From assembly GCA_019058445.1 (NCBI GenBank), contig JAHPZA010000006.1, positions 512,001 through 576,000 on the forward strand: a stretch of DNA of 64,000 nt, written 5' to 3'. The notes under the pieces are model-generated. The model had not been told where the DNA came from, searched no databases, and worked only from the letters and a program-made list of their open reading frames with translations. Positions 27,706 through 39,020 of the stretch are shown in pieces. Source of the stretch: Promethearchaeota archaeon (lineage in GTDB: Archaea > Asgardarchaeota > Lokiarchaeia > Sigyniarchaeales > SOKP01). Numbering within the stretch: the first letter of the stretch is position 1; every line of letters begins with the position of its first letter. The translations under genes and the position numbers were made by a program.

Positions 27706-29460
27706 ATGAACGAGCTGGAACTTTTAGAAGAGAATATCATAAAGTTAAAAATATTGAGACAAATATTAGAAGATTCCTCGCCTAGAGACACTTCTAAGGA
27801 ATATAATAATGAGATTATTAAAATTATAAATGAATCTATTGACTGCATAACTTTATCTTTAAAGAAAATAAAGAAAAACTATGAAGAAGAATATGAGATA
27901 AAATTTAACCTTATTAAAGATGATTTAGAGAAATATAAACAAGAATTAAAGGAAAAAATCAAAGTGAAATCAAAAAAGCTAAAGAAAACCGAACAAAACT
28001 ACCAATTCATAACTGAAAACGTTAATGATGTGATTTCTATCTTTGATAAGCATTTCAATCTCATATATATTAATAAGGCACAGCATAAGATATCAGGTTT
28101 TTCTAAAGATGAAATAATTGGAAAGAAATTAACGGAGTATATTCATCCTGCTGATATTACTCGGAGCTTCAAATTCTTTCAAAAAATTATAGAGAAGGGA
28201 GAAGGATTTGGGGAATTTAGATTAAGATGTAAGGATGGTTCTTATGTGTGGTTGGAAGTTAACGCTAAAATTGTTAACGATAACAATGGAGAAGTTAACG
28301 CGGTTTTGGTCTCTAGGGACATTACTGAACGAAAATTAATAGAAGAAAAATTAAAAGAATCTGAAAAAAAATTTAAAGCTCTTTATGAAAAAATATATTT
28401 AGGTATTCTTCTCGTCACTACAGACGGTACTATTATTGATTGTAATCAATCTTTTGAGAAAATATTAGGATTCACAAAAGAAGAGATCATCGGAAAGAAG
28501 TATAAAGATTTAGATATTCTCCCAAAAAAAATAATTCCAAAACTATTATTACGACTTGAAAAGGTCTCTAAAGGTGAGAAACTTCCCGTAATAGAGTTTA
28601 AAGTGAGAAAAAAAAATGGTGAGATGATTTGGGCACGGATTAAATCTACTTTTATTGATGTTGGTACTAATTCATATATACAAATTGTTGGAGAAGATAT
28701 TACTGAATTAAAGCAAGCAGAAATTCTCGTTAAAAGGGAGCTAGAAAAATTAAAAGAACTTGATCAAGTTAAAACTGAATTTATTACGAGAATTTCCCAT
28801 GAATTGAAGACTCCATTAGCTTCGATATGGGGGGCAACTGAATTTTTATTGGAATATTATAAAGAAAAGATGGAACAGTCAGTTGTCGAACTAATCGAAA
28901 TTATAAACAAAGGTGCAAATAGATTAAAACACCTCGTTGATGATCTAATTGATGTTTCAATGATAAATTCTAAACAATTAGAATTTCAAGTTCAGGAAGT
29001 GAATCTCACAAAAATTCTTGAATATTGTATTAATCATTTAAAATTTCTCGCTCAAAAGCGAAATATTCTTATTAGTTTTAATTTTCAAGAAGAGGTTTAT
29101 ATCCAAGTAGATAAAATAAGGATTGAGCAAGTATTCATAAACATTTTATCAAATGCTATAAAAAATACACCTCCAAAAGGTAAAATAACCATTATTTTAG
29201 AAAAAAATGATAATTATGCTGATATTTTCTTTAAAGATACAGGAGTTGGTTTACTTAAATCAGAGGAGGACAAATTATTTAAAAAGTTTGGAAAGATTGA
29301 AAGATATGGAAAAGAAATGGATGTGAATACTCAAGGTTCTGGACTCGGTCTATATCTTTCAAAAGGAATTGTTGAGTTACATGGAGGAACGATTTGGGTA
29401 GAGTCCGAGGGAAGGAATAAAGGTTCAACATTCATTATTAGATTACCATATTCTCCTTGA
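27706..29460 (+). CDS. Cytoplasmic two-PAS sensor histidine kinase
   Basis: Two PAS/PAC units, H-box ISHELKTPL, N-box NILSNAIK, G boxes DTGVG and GSGLGL. Confidence 0.95.
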   Translation: MNELELLEENIIKLKILRQILEDSSPRDTSKEYNNEIIKIINESIDCITLSLKKIKKNYEEEYEIKFNLIKDDLEKYKQELKEKIKVKSKKLKKTEQNYQFITENVNDVISIFDKHFNLIYINKAQHKISGFSKDEIIGKKLTEYIHPADITRSFKFFQKIIEKGEGFGEFRLRCKDGSYVWLEVNAKIVNDNNGEVNAVLVSRDITERKLIEEKLKESEKKFKALYEKIYLGILLVTTDGTIIDCNQSFEKILGFTKEEIIGKKYKDLDILPKKIIPKLLLRLEKVSKGEKLPVIEFKVRKKNGEMIWARIKSTFIDVGTNSYIQIVGEDITELKQAEILVKRELEKLKELDQVKTEFITRISHELKTPLASIWGATEFLLEYYKEKMEQSVVELIEIINKGANRLKHLVDDLIDVSMINSKQLEFQVQEVNLTKILEYCINHLKFLAQKRNILISFNFQEEVYIQVDKIRIEQVFINILSNAIKNTPPKGKITIILEKNDNYADIFFKDTGVGLLKSEEDKLFKKFGKIERYGKEMDVNTQGSGLGLYLSKGIVELHGGTIWVESEGRNKGSTFIIRLPYSP

Positions 29461-29639
29461 GAACTTTCGATTATACCAAAGAAAGAACAAAAACTTGTCA
29501 TGACGGCTTGTTTAAAGGAGTTACTCAGAGTAAGTATATTTGTGATACTCTTGGAGATTATTCTTTAATTCTTGCCATAATATTTATGACCAAGACCTTC
29601 ACGATTATTAGAATTAAACAACAATAATCTTTATTTATC

Positions 29640-30314
29640 TTATCTATTTTCAAGTGAATATTCTTTTAAGTTCAAATAATGAATGGATTTATCGGAAATC
29701 ACAGAATAGTCCAAAATTTTAATTCTTTTTTTAAAATTCGGGGAATTAAGGACTAAAGTGTGATATTCACCTTGTTCTCCACATATATCTAAGTTGTTTT
29801 CTTGATTTAATGAGATTAACTTCTTAATGGTTGTTCTATTCATTTTTTTTCCAATCCAGTTTTTTGTTAACCAAGGTTCTTTAACACATGAAAAAATAAT
29901 CTCAAATTTGTTTTTTAGCAGGGTTTTAAGTATTTCAAGACGGTTGGAATGCCATAAAGGTAAGAAAACTTCACAATTTATGGATTTACACTGTTCAGTA
30001 ATCCAGTTAGGATAATTGTTAACTTCAGAGATATCTCCGGTTATTACTATAGAAATCCCTGTTTTTTCTCTTAAATAAGTTAATTGGTTTCTATAACTGA
30101 TATCATAAGGTTCTTCAACATTCAAGATGTAATGTGGAAGTCCTAGAGCTTCCGCTTGCAAAGTTAAATATTTTAGGGGATGCGAGCGAAAATTAGCACT
30201 TTTAGGGGCAAAAGTACATAAATTTATTATTTCAATTCCCGATTGATTAGCTTTATATAGCGCTAACCCAGAATCCTTCCCACCTGTCCATAAAACAGTC
30301 CCTTTTTTTTGCAT
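29640..30314 (-). CDS. Diphthine-ammonia ligase-like PP-loop ATP pyrophosphatase
   Basis: WTGGKDS, TGDI, PLW, DICGEQGEYHTLV. Confidence 0.88.
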   Translation of the reverse strand: MQKKGTVLWTGGKDSGLALYKANQSGIEIINLCTFAPKSANFRSHPLKYLTLQAEALGLPHYILNVEEPYDISYRNQLTYLREKTGISIVITGDISEVNNYPNWITEQCKSINCEVFLPLWHSNRLEILKTLLKNKFEIIFSCVKEPWLTKNWIGKKMNRTTIKKLISLNQENNLDICGEQGEYHTLVLNSPNFKKRIKILDYSVISDKSIHYLNLKEYSLENR

Positions 30315-30672
30315 AATTCGATACTATTTTTAGTCTCTAATAATGTTTTAAATAAAGATATTAATGTATATTGTTTTATATCATCATCAATTTATACTAT
30401 ATTTATACCATCAGTAAATTTTCTAATTTTTATATTTATAATCTATCTTTTTTGACTTTTTTTCTTGGTTATTTATACTCAGAGTAGTGACTTTTTTAAA
30501 TACCATTAGAAGTTCCGTTAGTGTCGAATTGAGATTCACAAAATTTTGCTATTAAACACCATATTTAATTTATTAGAAAATAAAAAAGATTTAGGTTAAT
30601 TAACTTTTACAGAAATAGGTGAAATCTTTAGTAATTATTGAAAATAACTATTTTTTTAAAGAACATGATCAG

Positions 30673-31464
30673 TCAAATAAATGCAATTAGAAATGTCATT
30701 GAACTTACAACTAAAACAAGAATAAGAAGAATTCTAATTGATGATCCCTTAGTTTCTTTTTCTCGAACAGCTAAATAAAAACAATATATCCCAATAATCA
30801 ATATTATTGTCGTTCTTATCGCCATTTTTTCAGGCGTCCAGAGACCGAGTGGTGGAATATAATTATCGAAATCGGGTATTTCTGGTCTTACTAAGAAATT
30901 AATCCAATCACAGATAAAACTTAACACAATAGCCAATCCTGTTAAATAAAATAATATGATTCTTTTTCTCTCTTTATCAAAAAATATTTTGAATTGCTCT
31001 TTTGTATCATTGAAATCTGCATCATAATAATTCATAACAAAATAGGTTCCAATTATAATTGTTCTTAAAGGAATGGCAAATACCCACAAAGTTACGAGAT
31101 AGGTAACAGTAAGTGGATGTGTTAATGGATATAATCCATAGTTATACCATAAAATCCAAGGATATCCAATCCAATTCCAAAATCCAGTAGATAAGCTGTC
31201 AATTATGCCATCGAGAAATATAAAAAAAACAAGAATGATAAATGCTCTAGAAGGTGTAGTAGCATGTCTTGGAATAAAAATTGAACAAAGTAACCACACA
31301 ATCATCATGATTGAAAATAAGTCCCAACCATAAAGGTCAGTTTTAGCGATTACATTAACTATTATCATAATAATTGTAAAAAAACTCATTAAAACGATAT
31401 AGAGCGATTCCCAATTTGCATCGATAAATTCAATGATCACACTTTTTATGGAGAAATCTGACAT
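30673..31464 (-). CDS. Multi-pass membrane protein, unknown function
   Basis: 263 aa, about 7 TM segments. Confidence 0.65.
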   Translation of the reverse strand: MSDFSIKSVIIEFIDANWESLYIVLMSFFTIIMIIVNVIAKTDLYGWDLFSIMMIVWLLCSIFIPRHATTPSRAFIILVFFIFLDGIIDSLSTGFWNWIGYPWILWYNYGLYPLTHPLTVTYLVTLWVFAIPLRTIIIGTYFVMNYYDADFNDTKEQFKIFFDKERKRIILFYLTGLAIVLSFICDWINFLVRPEIPDFDNYIPPLGLWTPEKMAIRTTIILIIGIYCFYLAVREKETKGSSIRILLILVLVVSSMTFLIAFI

Positions 31465-31830
31465 AAATCTTGATGTTTTTTTATTAATTACAAATAATCA
31501 CTTATTTGATAAGAATGTTAATTTTATAGTTTCAAATAGTTAAATTTAGAGTAAGACGAGATCTAATTCATTTAATCATATATCGCTGGAACTATTACTT
31601 AATGCAGAATAAATGAATAGATTATTCAAGAAAAAATCAAGAAAGGTTGATATTATTTATATTTAAAAATTGTGAATGGTGAGATTTGACAATATTCAGT
31701 TTACCTCTAAGTTGATGACTCTTAAAGTTTAAAAAAGTTTGGTATAAATCCTTAATTAGGGCGTTAAAGCTCCAGATTTTTCACGCAATAATTTAGAAAA
31801 GTTAATAAAATATATCAAATAGAAATTGAT

Positions 31831-34800
31831 ATGACTAATCCTAAAAAAGCCCTTAAATGGAAAAATCAAGGTATTGCATTTTATGATGATAAAAAATACG
31901 ATAAAGCCATTGAAGCATTTAAAAAGTCATTGAGTTTTGATGAAAATGATGCCAGTACGTGGAATAATATAAGTACAGTTTATACAGAATTAAAGGAATA
32001 TGATAATGCTCTTGAGGCTTTAAAGAATGCAATAAATATTAATCCAAATTATTCAATTGCTTGGAGAAATATCTGTAATATATATATTATTTTAGAAGAT
32101 TATGAGAATTTGATTTATTCTTGTAATAAATATTTAGAAATCAACCCCAATGATGTTGAGATTTGGAATACGCTTGGGAGGGCATTTTATTTTAACTATT
32201 ATTACGAAAAAGCAATAGATGCATATAAAAAAGCATTAGAACTCGCACCTATGGATGCTACATTATGGCAAAATCTTGCTTTAGCCTGTGGACACAAAGG
32301 TTCGATTGAGGATGCCATAATTGCTTATAAAAAATCACTTGAAATTAACCCAAACGAAGCTGAAAATTGGTATAATCTTGGAGTAGCATACGGAATGATA
32401 AACAACCTTGAGGATCAAGTACAGGCATATGCGAAAGCGCTGGAAATCTATCCGGATAATGCCAGTGCATGGTATAATTTAGGTAATACATATGGACGGA
32501 TGGGTAAACATGATGAGGCAATAAATGCCTTAGAAAAAGCTATAAAGTTGAACCCTAATCATAATTATGCTTGGGTCAGCTTAGCTATAGCCTATGAAGG
32601 AAAAAAAGAATATGATAAAGCAATTGAAGCTTATATAAAATCATTAGAACTTAGTCCAGACGAATATCGTGCGTGGAATGCTCTTGGTAAGCTCTACGAT
32701 GAAATTGAAGAATATGATAAAGCAATTGAAGCGTATCAGAAGGCAAAAGATTTAAATGTGAATGATATTGATATTCTGAATAGCTTAGGTGTAAGTTATT
32801 ATCAGAAAGATGATAATGATAATGCGATAAAGACATTTTTAAATATTTTAACCTTAGATGGTGAATATGATAGTGCATGGTATAATTTGGGATTGATCTA
32901 TGAAGATTTAGAGGAATATGATAAAGCCCTTCAAGCTTATAAGAAAGCTTCTGAAATAGCACCAGATGATATTGATCATTGGAATAAGATTATTGAGATT
33001 ATAATCAAAAAAAATCTTCCAAGTGAAGTAATAGAAAAACTAAAACAAGAGATTGACGCTCAGAACGTTTCAGCAGCAATTGAATCATTAAGTTTATTGT
33101 TCGAACAGGGATATTTGAAAGAAGCACCAATTATCTTAAAAGATTCAGATTATTTTAAAACGAATCCTCAAGAGTATCTCAGATCTTTATTTCTAGATAA
33201 AGAAAAATATACCTTTTTAGTTGGTGCGGGGATCTCAATGAATCCCCCTACTAATCTGTCTTCAGCAATGGGATTTGTGGAAGGATTAATTAAAGTCTGT
33301 ACTCCTGAAAATGAAGCTAAAAACCTCCTTTCTTCAGAACTATTTAAATATGAGATGCTTATTGGCTTTGTAAAAGATATCATGGATAGAGAACTTACTT
33401 TAATGGATTATTTTGATTTAGCTACTGAACCCAATCTTATACATATGTTTTTAGCTCATGCTATTTTACAAGGTCATAACGTTCTTACTACTAATTTTGA
33501 TTATTGTATTGAAATAGCTCTTAAACGAATATTACCTAAGGAAAAACATTCAAATATTATTCCTATAATCTCTAAGAAACAATATTTAGATCATAGTAAT
33601 CCAAGAGAATTAATTGAAGCAGGAAAATATCCTATCTTGAAATTACATGGGTCTAAGAAAAATTTAATTTCTGGAGAGAATACATTTGATTCTCTTGTTA
33701 CTACAATTGCAGATCTGGGGATGGCTAGGGACAAAGGAGAGACTTTTGCAATTGAACCGTTCAAGAGCCCCGCAATAAATGCCACCATTAGAGAACAAAC
33801 ACTCGTGGTTCTTGGTTATTCCGGCAGTGATGATTTTGATATCATTCCTTTATTACAAGAAGTAACTAACCTAAAGAAATTGATATGGATTGATCACACT
33901 AATGAAGATGATATTAAAATTGAAATAATCACTAAAGATAGTCAGATGGGAAAAAAATTGTCGAAAGTAGAGACATTCCTTTCAGATATGAGTACCTATG
34001 TACCCTATGAAATAGTTAAAATTACTAGCCCAACTATATCCTTAACAGAAAATTATCTTTTTCCTCAGATTGTTCCAAATGTTTCATTGGAGGATAATAG
34101 AAAATTGTTGACTAAAAAAGCGCTCTCTTATCCAAGATTTGAAAAGTGGGTTGCTGATTTACCCGTTTTCAAAAAAATAAGTGAACTTGATAAACTATAC
34201 TTCGCATGTTATTTGTATTCGATGAAGAAAGATTTAAAATCAATGTTAAGATCCTCTGAAAAGGGCCTTCAAATAATAGAAAAAAAAGGAAAGAAAAAGA
34301 ATGACAAATTAAAATCAGTTTTTCTCACTTTTCTTGGACACGCCTATAAAGATCAAGGAAATCTTGATTTAGCATTTGAGAAATTTAAGGAAAGCCTCGA
34401 GATTGCTAAAAAGATTGGTGATATATACACAATACAAATACTTCTGAATCATATTGGTCAGGTTTTATTTGAAAAAGAGAAATATGATGAGGCTCTCACT
34501 TATTATGAGGATGCGAAAGATATATCCGATCAATTCAATGATCTTGAAGGAAAATTATGGGTTTTAACAAATTTCGGAATGATATATAATGCAAAGGGAG
34601 AATATGATAAATCACTGGAATCTTTCGAAGAAGCACTTGAGATTAGCGAACAAATTGGAGACCTTGACAAAAAAGGGACTATCTTAAACAATATTGCCTT
34701 TTTATATGAAATTAAAGGTCAATATGAAATTGCTATAGAAAAATTTGAATTAGCACTAAAGATTGATGAGAAACTTAACAATTTTCTAGGAATTTCAAAC

Positions 34801-35088
34801 ACTTTACATAACCTTGGAGGGGCTTATTATAAGGTTGGTAATCCTGAAAAAGCAATGGAAAAAATTAAAGCATCTCTTGAGATTCGAGAACAAATAGGAT
34901 ATCAAGAAGGTATAGCAACTTCATGCCAGTGGATTGGAGAATTGTTAGCTCAAAAAGATATTGAAGAAGCTATAAAATATGGGGAGAGAGCGGTAAAGAT
35001 ATATCAACAATTGGGCCTCAAGGAAGAGGAATCATCCTTGCGAAATTATATGAAGGACTGGGGAACTCAATCTAAATTATCACAGTGA
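31831..35088 (+). CDS. TPR - SIR2-like (SIR2_2) - TPR protein
   Basis: About 11 N-terminal TPRs; FLVGAGIS, PNLIH, LTTNFD, LKLHGS, VVLGYSGSDDFDI; C-terminal ~40-aa TPR repeats. Confidence 0.88.
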   Translation: MTNPKKALKWKNQGIAFYDDKKYDKAIEAFKKSLSFDENDASTWNNISTVYTELKEYDNALEALKNAININPNYSIAWRNICNIYIILEDYENLIYSCNKYLEINPNDVEIWNTLGRAFYFNYYYEKAIDAYKKALELAPMDATLWQNLALACGHKGSIEDAIIAYKKSLEINPNEAENWYNLGVAYGMINNLEDQVQAYAKALEIYPDNASAWYNLGNTYGRMGKHDEAINALEKAIKLNPNHNYAWVSLAIAYEGKKEYDKAIEAYIKSLELSPDEYRAWNALGKLYDEIEEYDKAIEAYQKAKDLNVNDIDILNSLGVSYYQKDDNDNAIKTFLNILTLDGEYDSAWYNLGLIYEDLEEYDKALQAYKKASEIAPDDIDHWNKIIEIIIKKNLPSEVIEKLKQEIDAQNVSAAIESLSLLFEQGYLKEAPIILKDSDYFKTNPQEYLRSLFLDKEKYTFLVGAGISMNPPTNLSSAMGFVEGLIKVCTPENEAKNLLSSELFKYEMLIGFVKDIMDRELTLMDYFDLATEPNLIHMFLAHAILQGHNVLTTNFDYCIEIALKRILPKEKHSNIIPIISKKQYLDHSNPRELIEAGKYPILKLHGSKKNLISGENTFDSLVTTIADLGMARDKGETFAIEPFKSPAINATIREQTLVVLGYSGSDDFDIIPLLQEVTNLKKLIWIDHTNEDDIKIEIITKDSQMGKKLSKVETFLSDMSTYVPYEIVKITSPTISLTENYLFPQIVPNVSLEDNRKLLTKKALSYPRFEKWVADLPVFKKISELDKLYFACYLYSMKKDLKSMLRSSEKGLQIIEKKGKKKNDKLKSVFLTFLGHAYKDQGNLDLAFEKFKESLEIAKKIGDIYTIQILLNHIGQVLFEKEKYDEALTYYEDAKDISDQFNDLEGKLWVLTNFGMIYNAKGEYDKSLESFEEALEISEQIGDLDKKGTILNNIAFLYEIKGQYEIAIEKFELALKIDEKLNNFLGISNTLHNLGGAYYKVGNPEKAMEKIKASLEIREQIGYQEGIATSCQWIGELLAQKDIEEAIKYGERAVKIYQQLGLKEEESSLRNYMKDWGTQSKLSQ

Positions 35089-35261
35089 ATTTTTGGTAAC
35101 TTATTTTCTTGGCACCAAATAACTCCTTTTTTAGTGAAGTTTATGAAAGTATCTTGAATTAAAATTGCTCCAATCTTTGTTTCAAATCTGATTTTTCATT
35201 TTTTGCATAATTACTTAATTTTTCTTGAATCTTGGAAATTTTATTAATTTATTCTAATTCT

Positions 35262-36253
35262 AATTTAATTTCTTTCAATCTCCCGTTGGATTCAGACTTG
35301 ATTTTTCCACCACTAAAAATCTCATATTTTTGAAAAAATATTGTATTTTAAGAATTGCAATGGTAATAGAATTTATACAATATTTCTATTTATTAGTCAC
35401 ACCTAAATACTTAAAAATGATCTTAAATTATGAATATTAAAACTATAATTTAATGAATATATATGACAATTAAAGAGAAAAATATCCATTATTTAAAGAA
35501 AAAACCAGAACTGATGGAAATTTTCAACAATTATTTGAAAATCTTTAAAGAAATCATAATTAAGGAATATGACCTTTCCATAGTAGAAGAACTTTTCATA
35601 AAAATGCGAAGTGAACATGAAATGTTTATTCATCAATTGCCATTTATCGGAAGAAGTAATGGTAACTTAAGTTTACTCTTTTTCGGGGTTTCCATGTTGG
35701 CAATTATGAATGTACTCAAAAAAGAAGGAATGGAAATTTATAAGATTGGCAAATCAATTTATGATTTCTACGAGTTACTGACCAATCCCGAAAATTCTTC
35801 CATGCTATCAAAAATACCAATTCTTAAAATGCAATTGTCAAAAGAATTAACTTTTAATAAAAAGGCTCAAGATGCTATAAAGATTTATGAAACGAAATCA
35901 CAATTACGACGATATAAAGGTGATTGGGTGGTTAAATATGTTGAAGGCACTAATAAAACGTTTGCTTGGGGTTATGATGTTTTTGAATGTGGGATTTGCA
36001 AATTTTTTAAACAGCAGAATGCAGAAGATTTGACTCCCTTTGTATGCTTGATCGACTATGCTTCAATCCGGTCTGCAGGATTCGGTTTCAATCGTACTCA
36101 AACATTATCGAACGGAGCTTCTTTATGTGATTTCCGTTATATTAAAGATGGGATTACTCCTCGAGGATGGCCCCCAGAAAATTTGCCGGAATTTTCAATT
36201 TAATTTCTTTCAATCTCCCGTTGGAATCAGACTTGTTTTTTCCACCACTAAAA
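35262..36253. repeat. 57-bp direct repeat (35262-35318 and 36197-36253) flanking the ATC-hydrolase gene; corresponds to the cupin gene 3' end
   Basis: aatttaatttctttcaatctcccgttgga(t/a)tcagacttg(a/t)tttttccaccactaaaa, 55/57 identical. Confidence 0.9.
35463..36203 (+). CDS. L-2-amino-thiazoline-4-carboxylic acid hydrolase family protein
   Basis: ECGICKFF...PFVCLIDY...RTQTLSNGASLCDFRY. Confidence 0.85.
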   Translation: MTIKEKNIHYLKKKPELMEIFNNYLKIFKEIIIKEYDLSIVEELFIKMRSEHEMFIHQLPFIGRSNGNLSLLFFGVSMLAIMNVLKKEGMEIYKIGKSIYDFYELLTNPENSSMLSKIPILKMQLSKELTFNKKAQDAIKIYETKSQLRRYKGDWVVKYVEGTNKTFAWGYDVFECGICKFFKQQNAEDLTPFVCLIDYASIRSAGFGFNRTQTLSNGASLCDFRYIKDGITPRGWPPENLPEFSI

Positions 36254-36581
36254 CTGATGTCCGAGAAGGTGCTCTTGTCCTATGCATTACCCCTCTTGGT
36301 ATCGTAAAACCTTGTTTTGGCATTAGTTCAATCAATTTATCTTCCAAATCAATTAATAATAATCCATCGATAACAAAAAAAAATTCATCTTCTTTCTCAT
36401 GTTTATGCCAATGAAATTCTCCTTCAATAACTGCCAATCTGATAACCGATTCATTAACATTACAAAGGGATATGTTTTGCCATTTTTTAGTAGTATCTTC
36501 TATCAATTTCGAGATATCAATAATTTCTAGAGGTTGATATTTTATTTCAAGATCAATTGAATATTTTTTATTGTTATTCAT
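36210..36581 (-). CDS. Cupin domain protein
   Basis: GEFHWHKHEKEDEFFFV...IPRGVMHRT. Confidence 0.9.
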   Translation of the reverse strand: MNNNKKYSIDLEIKYQPLEIIDISKLIEDTTKKWQNISLCNVNESVIRLAVIEGEFHWHKHEKEDEFFFVIDGLLLIDLEDKLIELMPKQGFTIPRGVMHRTRAPSRTSVLVVEKTSLIPTGD

Positions 36582-36737
36582 TATTCATTCTCTTAAGTCA
36601 TTAGGATATTAAAATGCAAAATAACCTATATATAAATTAACCTCGAATTATTTAATATCTAATGAATTCTAATATTTCCAATTGAAGTTAATATATCTAA
36701 TAATTCATATATAGTATAAAAAGAAGGAAAAAATTCA

Positions 36738-38045
36738 ATGTCAAATAACCAAAAAATTGTTTTAATAGGTGCTGGGTCGCTTCAATTTGGATTGGGTACG
36801 TTAGGCAATATTTTAGAATCCAAAGTGCTGGAAGGATCTACTATTTGCTTACATGATATTAATGCTGAAAATTTAGCGTTAACGTATAAAGTATGCCAAT
36901 TGGCTATTAATAATAGGAAGTTAGATTTTACATTAGAGCATACAACAAATAGACCAGAAGCTCTAAAAAATGCTAACTTTATTATAAATGCTATAGAAAT
37001 CCCTCCGAGATTTAAATTATTAGATATGGATTATAGAGTTCCTCAAGAATTTGGTTGCAAACAAATTGCAGGAGAATGTGGCGGACCTGGAGCTTTATTT
37101 CATTCACTAAGAGTAATCCCTCCCATTTTAGATATTTGTGAAGATGTTCAAAAAATATGCCCTAACGCTTATTTTATTAACTTTTCAAATCCATTAAGCC
37201 ATATTTGTCTTGCAATTAAAAGAAAATATCCGTCTCTCAAACTTGTTGGACTTTGTCATGAATTTCAACATTTTATTGTATTGATAAGTAAGATGTTAGG
37301 AACTCCTTTATCAAATCTAGAAATTACCGGATATGGATTAAACCATTTTGGTAATCTTATAGATATTAAATATATTGATTCGGGTATAGATGCTTATCCA
37401 GAAGTTCGTAACACTGGTCCTGAATTCCTACGTAAATTGGTAGCTTATGATGGGTTTCAACTAATTGCTTTTCTTTTAGAAACCTATGGATATTGTCCTT
37501 ATACAACAGATACTCATTATGGAGAATTTCTTCCATGGGCATGGGAGTATGCGGATATTCCTGCTGCGCGTCATTTTCAGCGAACATATGAAGAATATCT
37601 GAACTTTGGTTTAAAAAAGATTAAAAGATTGATTGAAAGAGGAAAAGGAGATATGTTTGTGAAGCCCGATGAGGAGAGAGCAATTTCAATTATAGATGGG
37701 ATAATAACGAATTCAAATTATATTGAATCCTCTGTAAATATTCCGAATGATAGTATTATCACAAATTTATCCAAAGATGCGGTTGTAGAATGTCCGGCAA
37801 TTATTAATAAAGATGGTATAAAAGGGATTAAATTAGGAGAATATCCTAGAGGTATAGCGGCTTTATTGCGCACCCAATATTCAGTTCAAGATCTTGTAGT
37901 AGAAGCAATACTTAAGAAATCGAAGGAAATAGCACTTCAAGCATTGCTTGCTGATCCAGTTGTAGAAACTTATTGGCAAGCGGAACATATTTTGAATGAG
38001 ATGTTGCGTATTGAGGCGGAGTACTTCCAGATCGAGTTAGAATAA
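36738..38045 (+). CDS. Family 4 glycosyl hydrolase (NAD-dependent alpha-galactosidase/glucosidase)
   Basis: IGAGSLQFG, GPGALFHSLR, INFSNP, GLCHE, GLNHF, ALQALLADP. Confidence 0.9.
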   Translation: MSNNQKIVLIGAGSLQFGLGTLGNILESKVLEGSTICLHDINAENLALTYKVCQLAINNRKLDFTLEHTTNRPEALKNANFIINAIEIPPRFKLLDMDYRVPQEFGCKQIAGECGGPGALFHSLRVIPPILDICEDVQKICPNAYFINFSNPLSHICLAIKRKYPSLKLVGLCHEFQHFIVLISKMLGTPLSNLEITGYGLNHFGNLIDIKYIDSGIDAYPEVRNTGPEFLRKLVAYDGFQLIAFLLETYGYCPYTTDTHYGEFLPWAWEYADIPAARHFQRTYEEYLNFGLKKIKRLIERGKGDMFVKPDEERAISIIDGIITNSNYIESSVNIPNDSIITNLSKDAVVECPAIINKDGIKGIKLGEYPRGIAALLRTQYSVQDLVVEAILKKSKEIALQALLADPVVETYWQAEHILNEMLRIEAEYFQIELE

Positions 38046-38061
38046 AATATATGAGTTATAA

Positions 38062-38180
38062 GATAAAATGATAGAACCTTCGAAACAAATTGAAAGTCTA
38101 TTTTAAATAAAATCGATGAGAATCCAACTTTAATGAAAGAAAAATATAACATCAAAATCGATAAAATTACACTCATTTAA
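38062..38180 (+). pseudogene. Isolated 3' end of a paralog of the Fe-S oxidoreductase at 39021
   Basis: DKMIEPSKQIES/ILNKIDENPTLMKEKYNIKIDKITLI* (one frameshift) aligns with HKIIDATKKIENYILKRVMDNPRILREKYTIKNGKFNQV*. Confidence 0.65.
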
Positions 38181-38372
38181 TTCCCCTCTTTTCATCTTTA
38201 GAATGAGTTTTTAATCTATTAATTACTTATTTCAATTTCTATAATCTTATACTTTTTTATGGAAATTCGCAAATGGATAATAAGTACTAATTAAAGATTA
38301 TTATTAGGGTAACAAATATAAGTATAAATTATTTATGATTATCCTATCTTAATAAAAAATTTATCTAATAAA

Positions 38373-38882
38373 GTGATATGTATGAGTACACAATCAAAAT
38401 CTCAACAAAAAAAAAGTTCTAGCGACGATGGTGCTATGAACTTTGCTGAGTTTTTAGGAAAAATCGCATGGATCGTTGTGCTTATTGAAGGATTTATTTT
38501 CATTTTCTGGGGAATTTATTACTTGTACTGGGCTTCTGTAGCGACGCAGGTTGCTGAACAATATGGGGCATACAGCTATGTTGCAGCCGACATAGCATCT
38601 TTAACATTATACGGTGTGATGTACATTATAGGAGGAATATTAGGAATAATTTTCGCAGTTGCATTTGTAAAACCTCGATTTTCCAATAAATGGGCTGATA
38701 AAGATTATGATTATCTTTTGAATGATGTTGTCAAAATCGGGAGTGCGAGAATTCCGTTGTTTCTTATTATAGGAATAATCTTAGAAATATTTATGTCATG
38801 GTGGGGAGGTTTAATAATTATTGTACCTCTATTAATACTAATCTTTGCGGGACCAAAAGAGTATAAATGGACAGAAAAATAA
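38373..38882 (+). CDS. Membrane protein, unknown function
   Basis: 169 aa, 3-4 TM segments. Confidence 0.7.
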   Translation: MICMSTQSKSQQKKSSSDDGAMNFAEFLGKIAWIVVLIEGFIFIFWGIYYLYWASVATQVAEQYGAYSYVAADIASLTLYGVMYIIGGILGIIFAVAFVKPRFSNKWADKDYDYLLNDVVKIGSARIPLFLIIGIILEIFMSWWGGLIIIVPLLILIFAGPKEYKWTEK

Positions 38883-39020
38883 AATATTCAAATTAAAAAT
38901 TTTCCCATACCTTTTTTTTTATTCTAATTTTTATTAATTAATTAAAAATTGTGGTCATTTTTCACTATTTTTTAAATTAGATTAAATTTTCAGAAAAATT
39001 AATAGGAATTTGTAGATATC

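Noticed and set aside
35107-35117. TCTTGGCACCA as a possible attR copy of the tRNA 3' end
   Set aside because: Only 8 bp match the gene (which lacks CCA), there is no T-arm similarity, and no integrase is present in the window.
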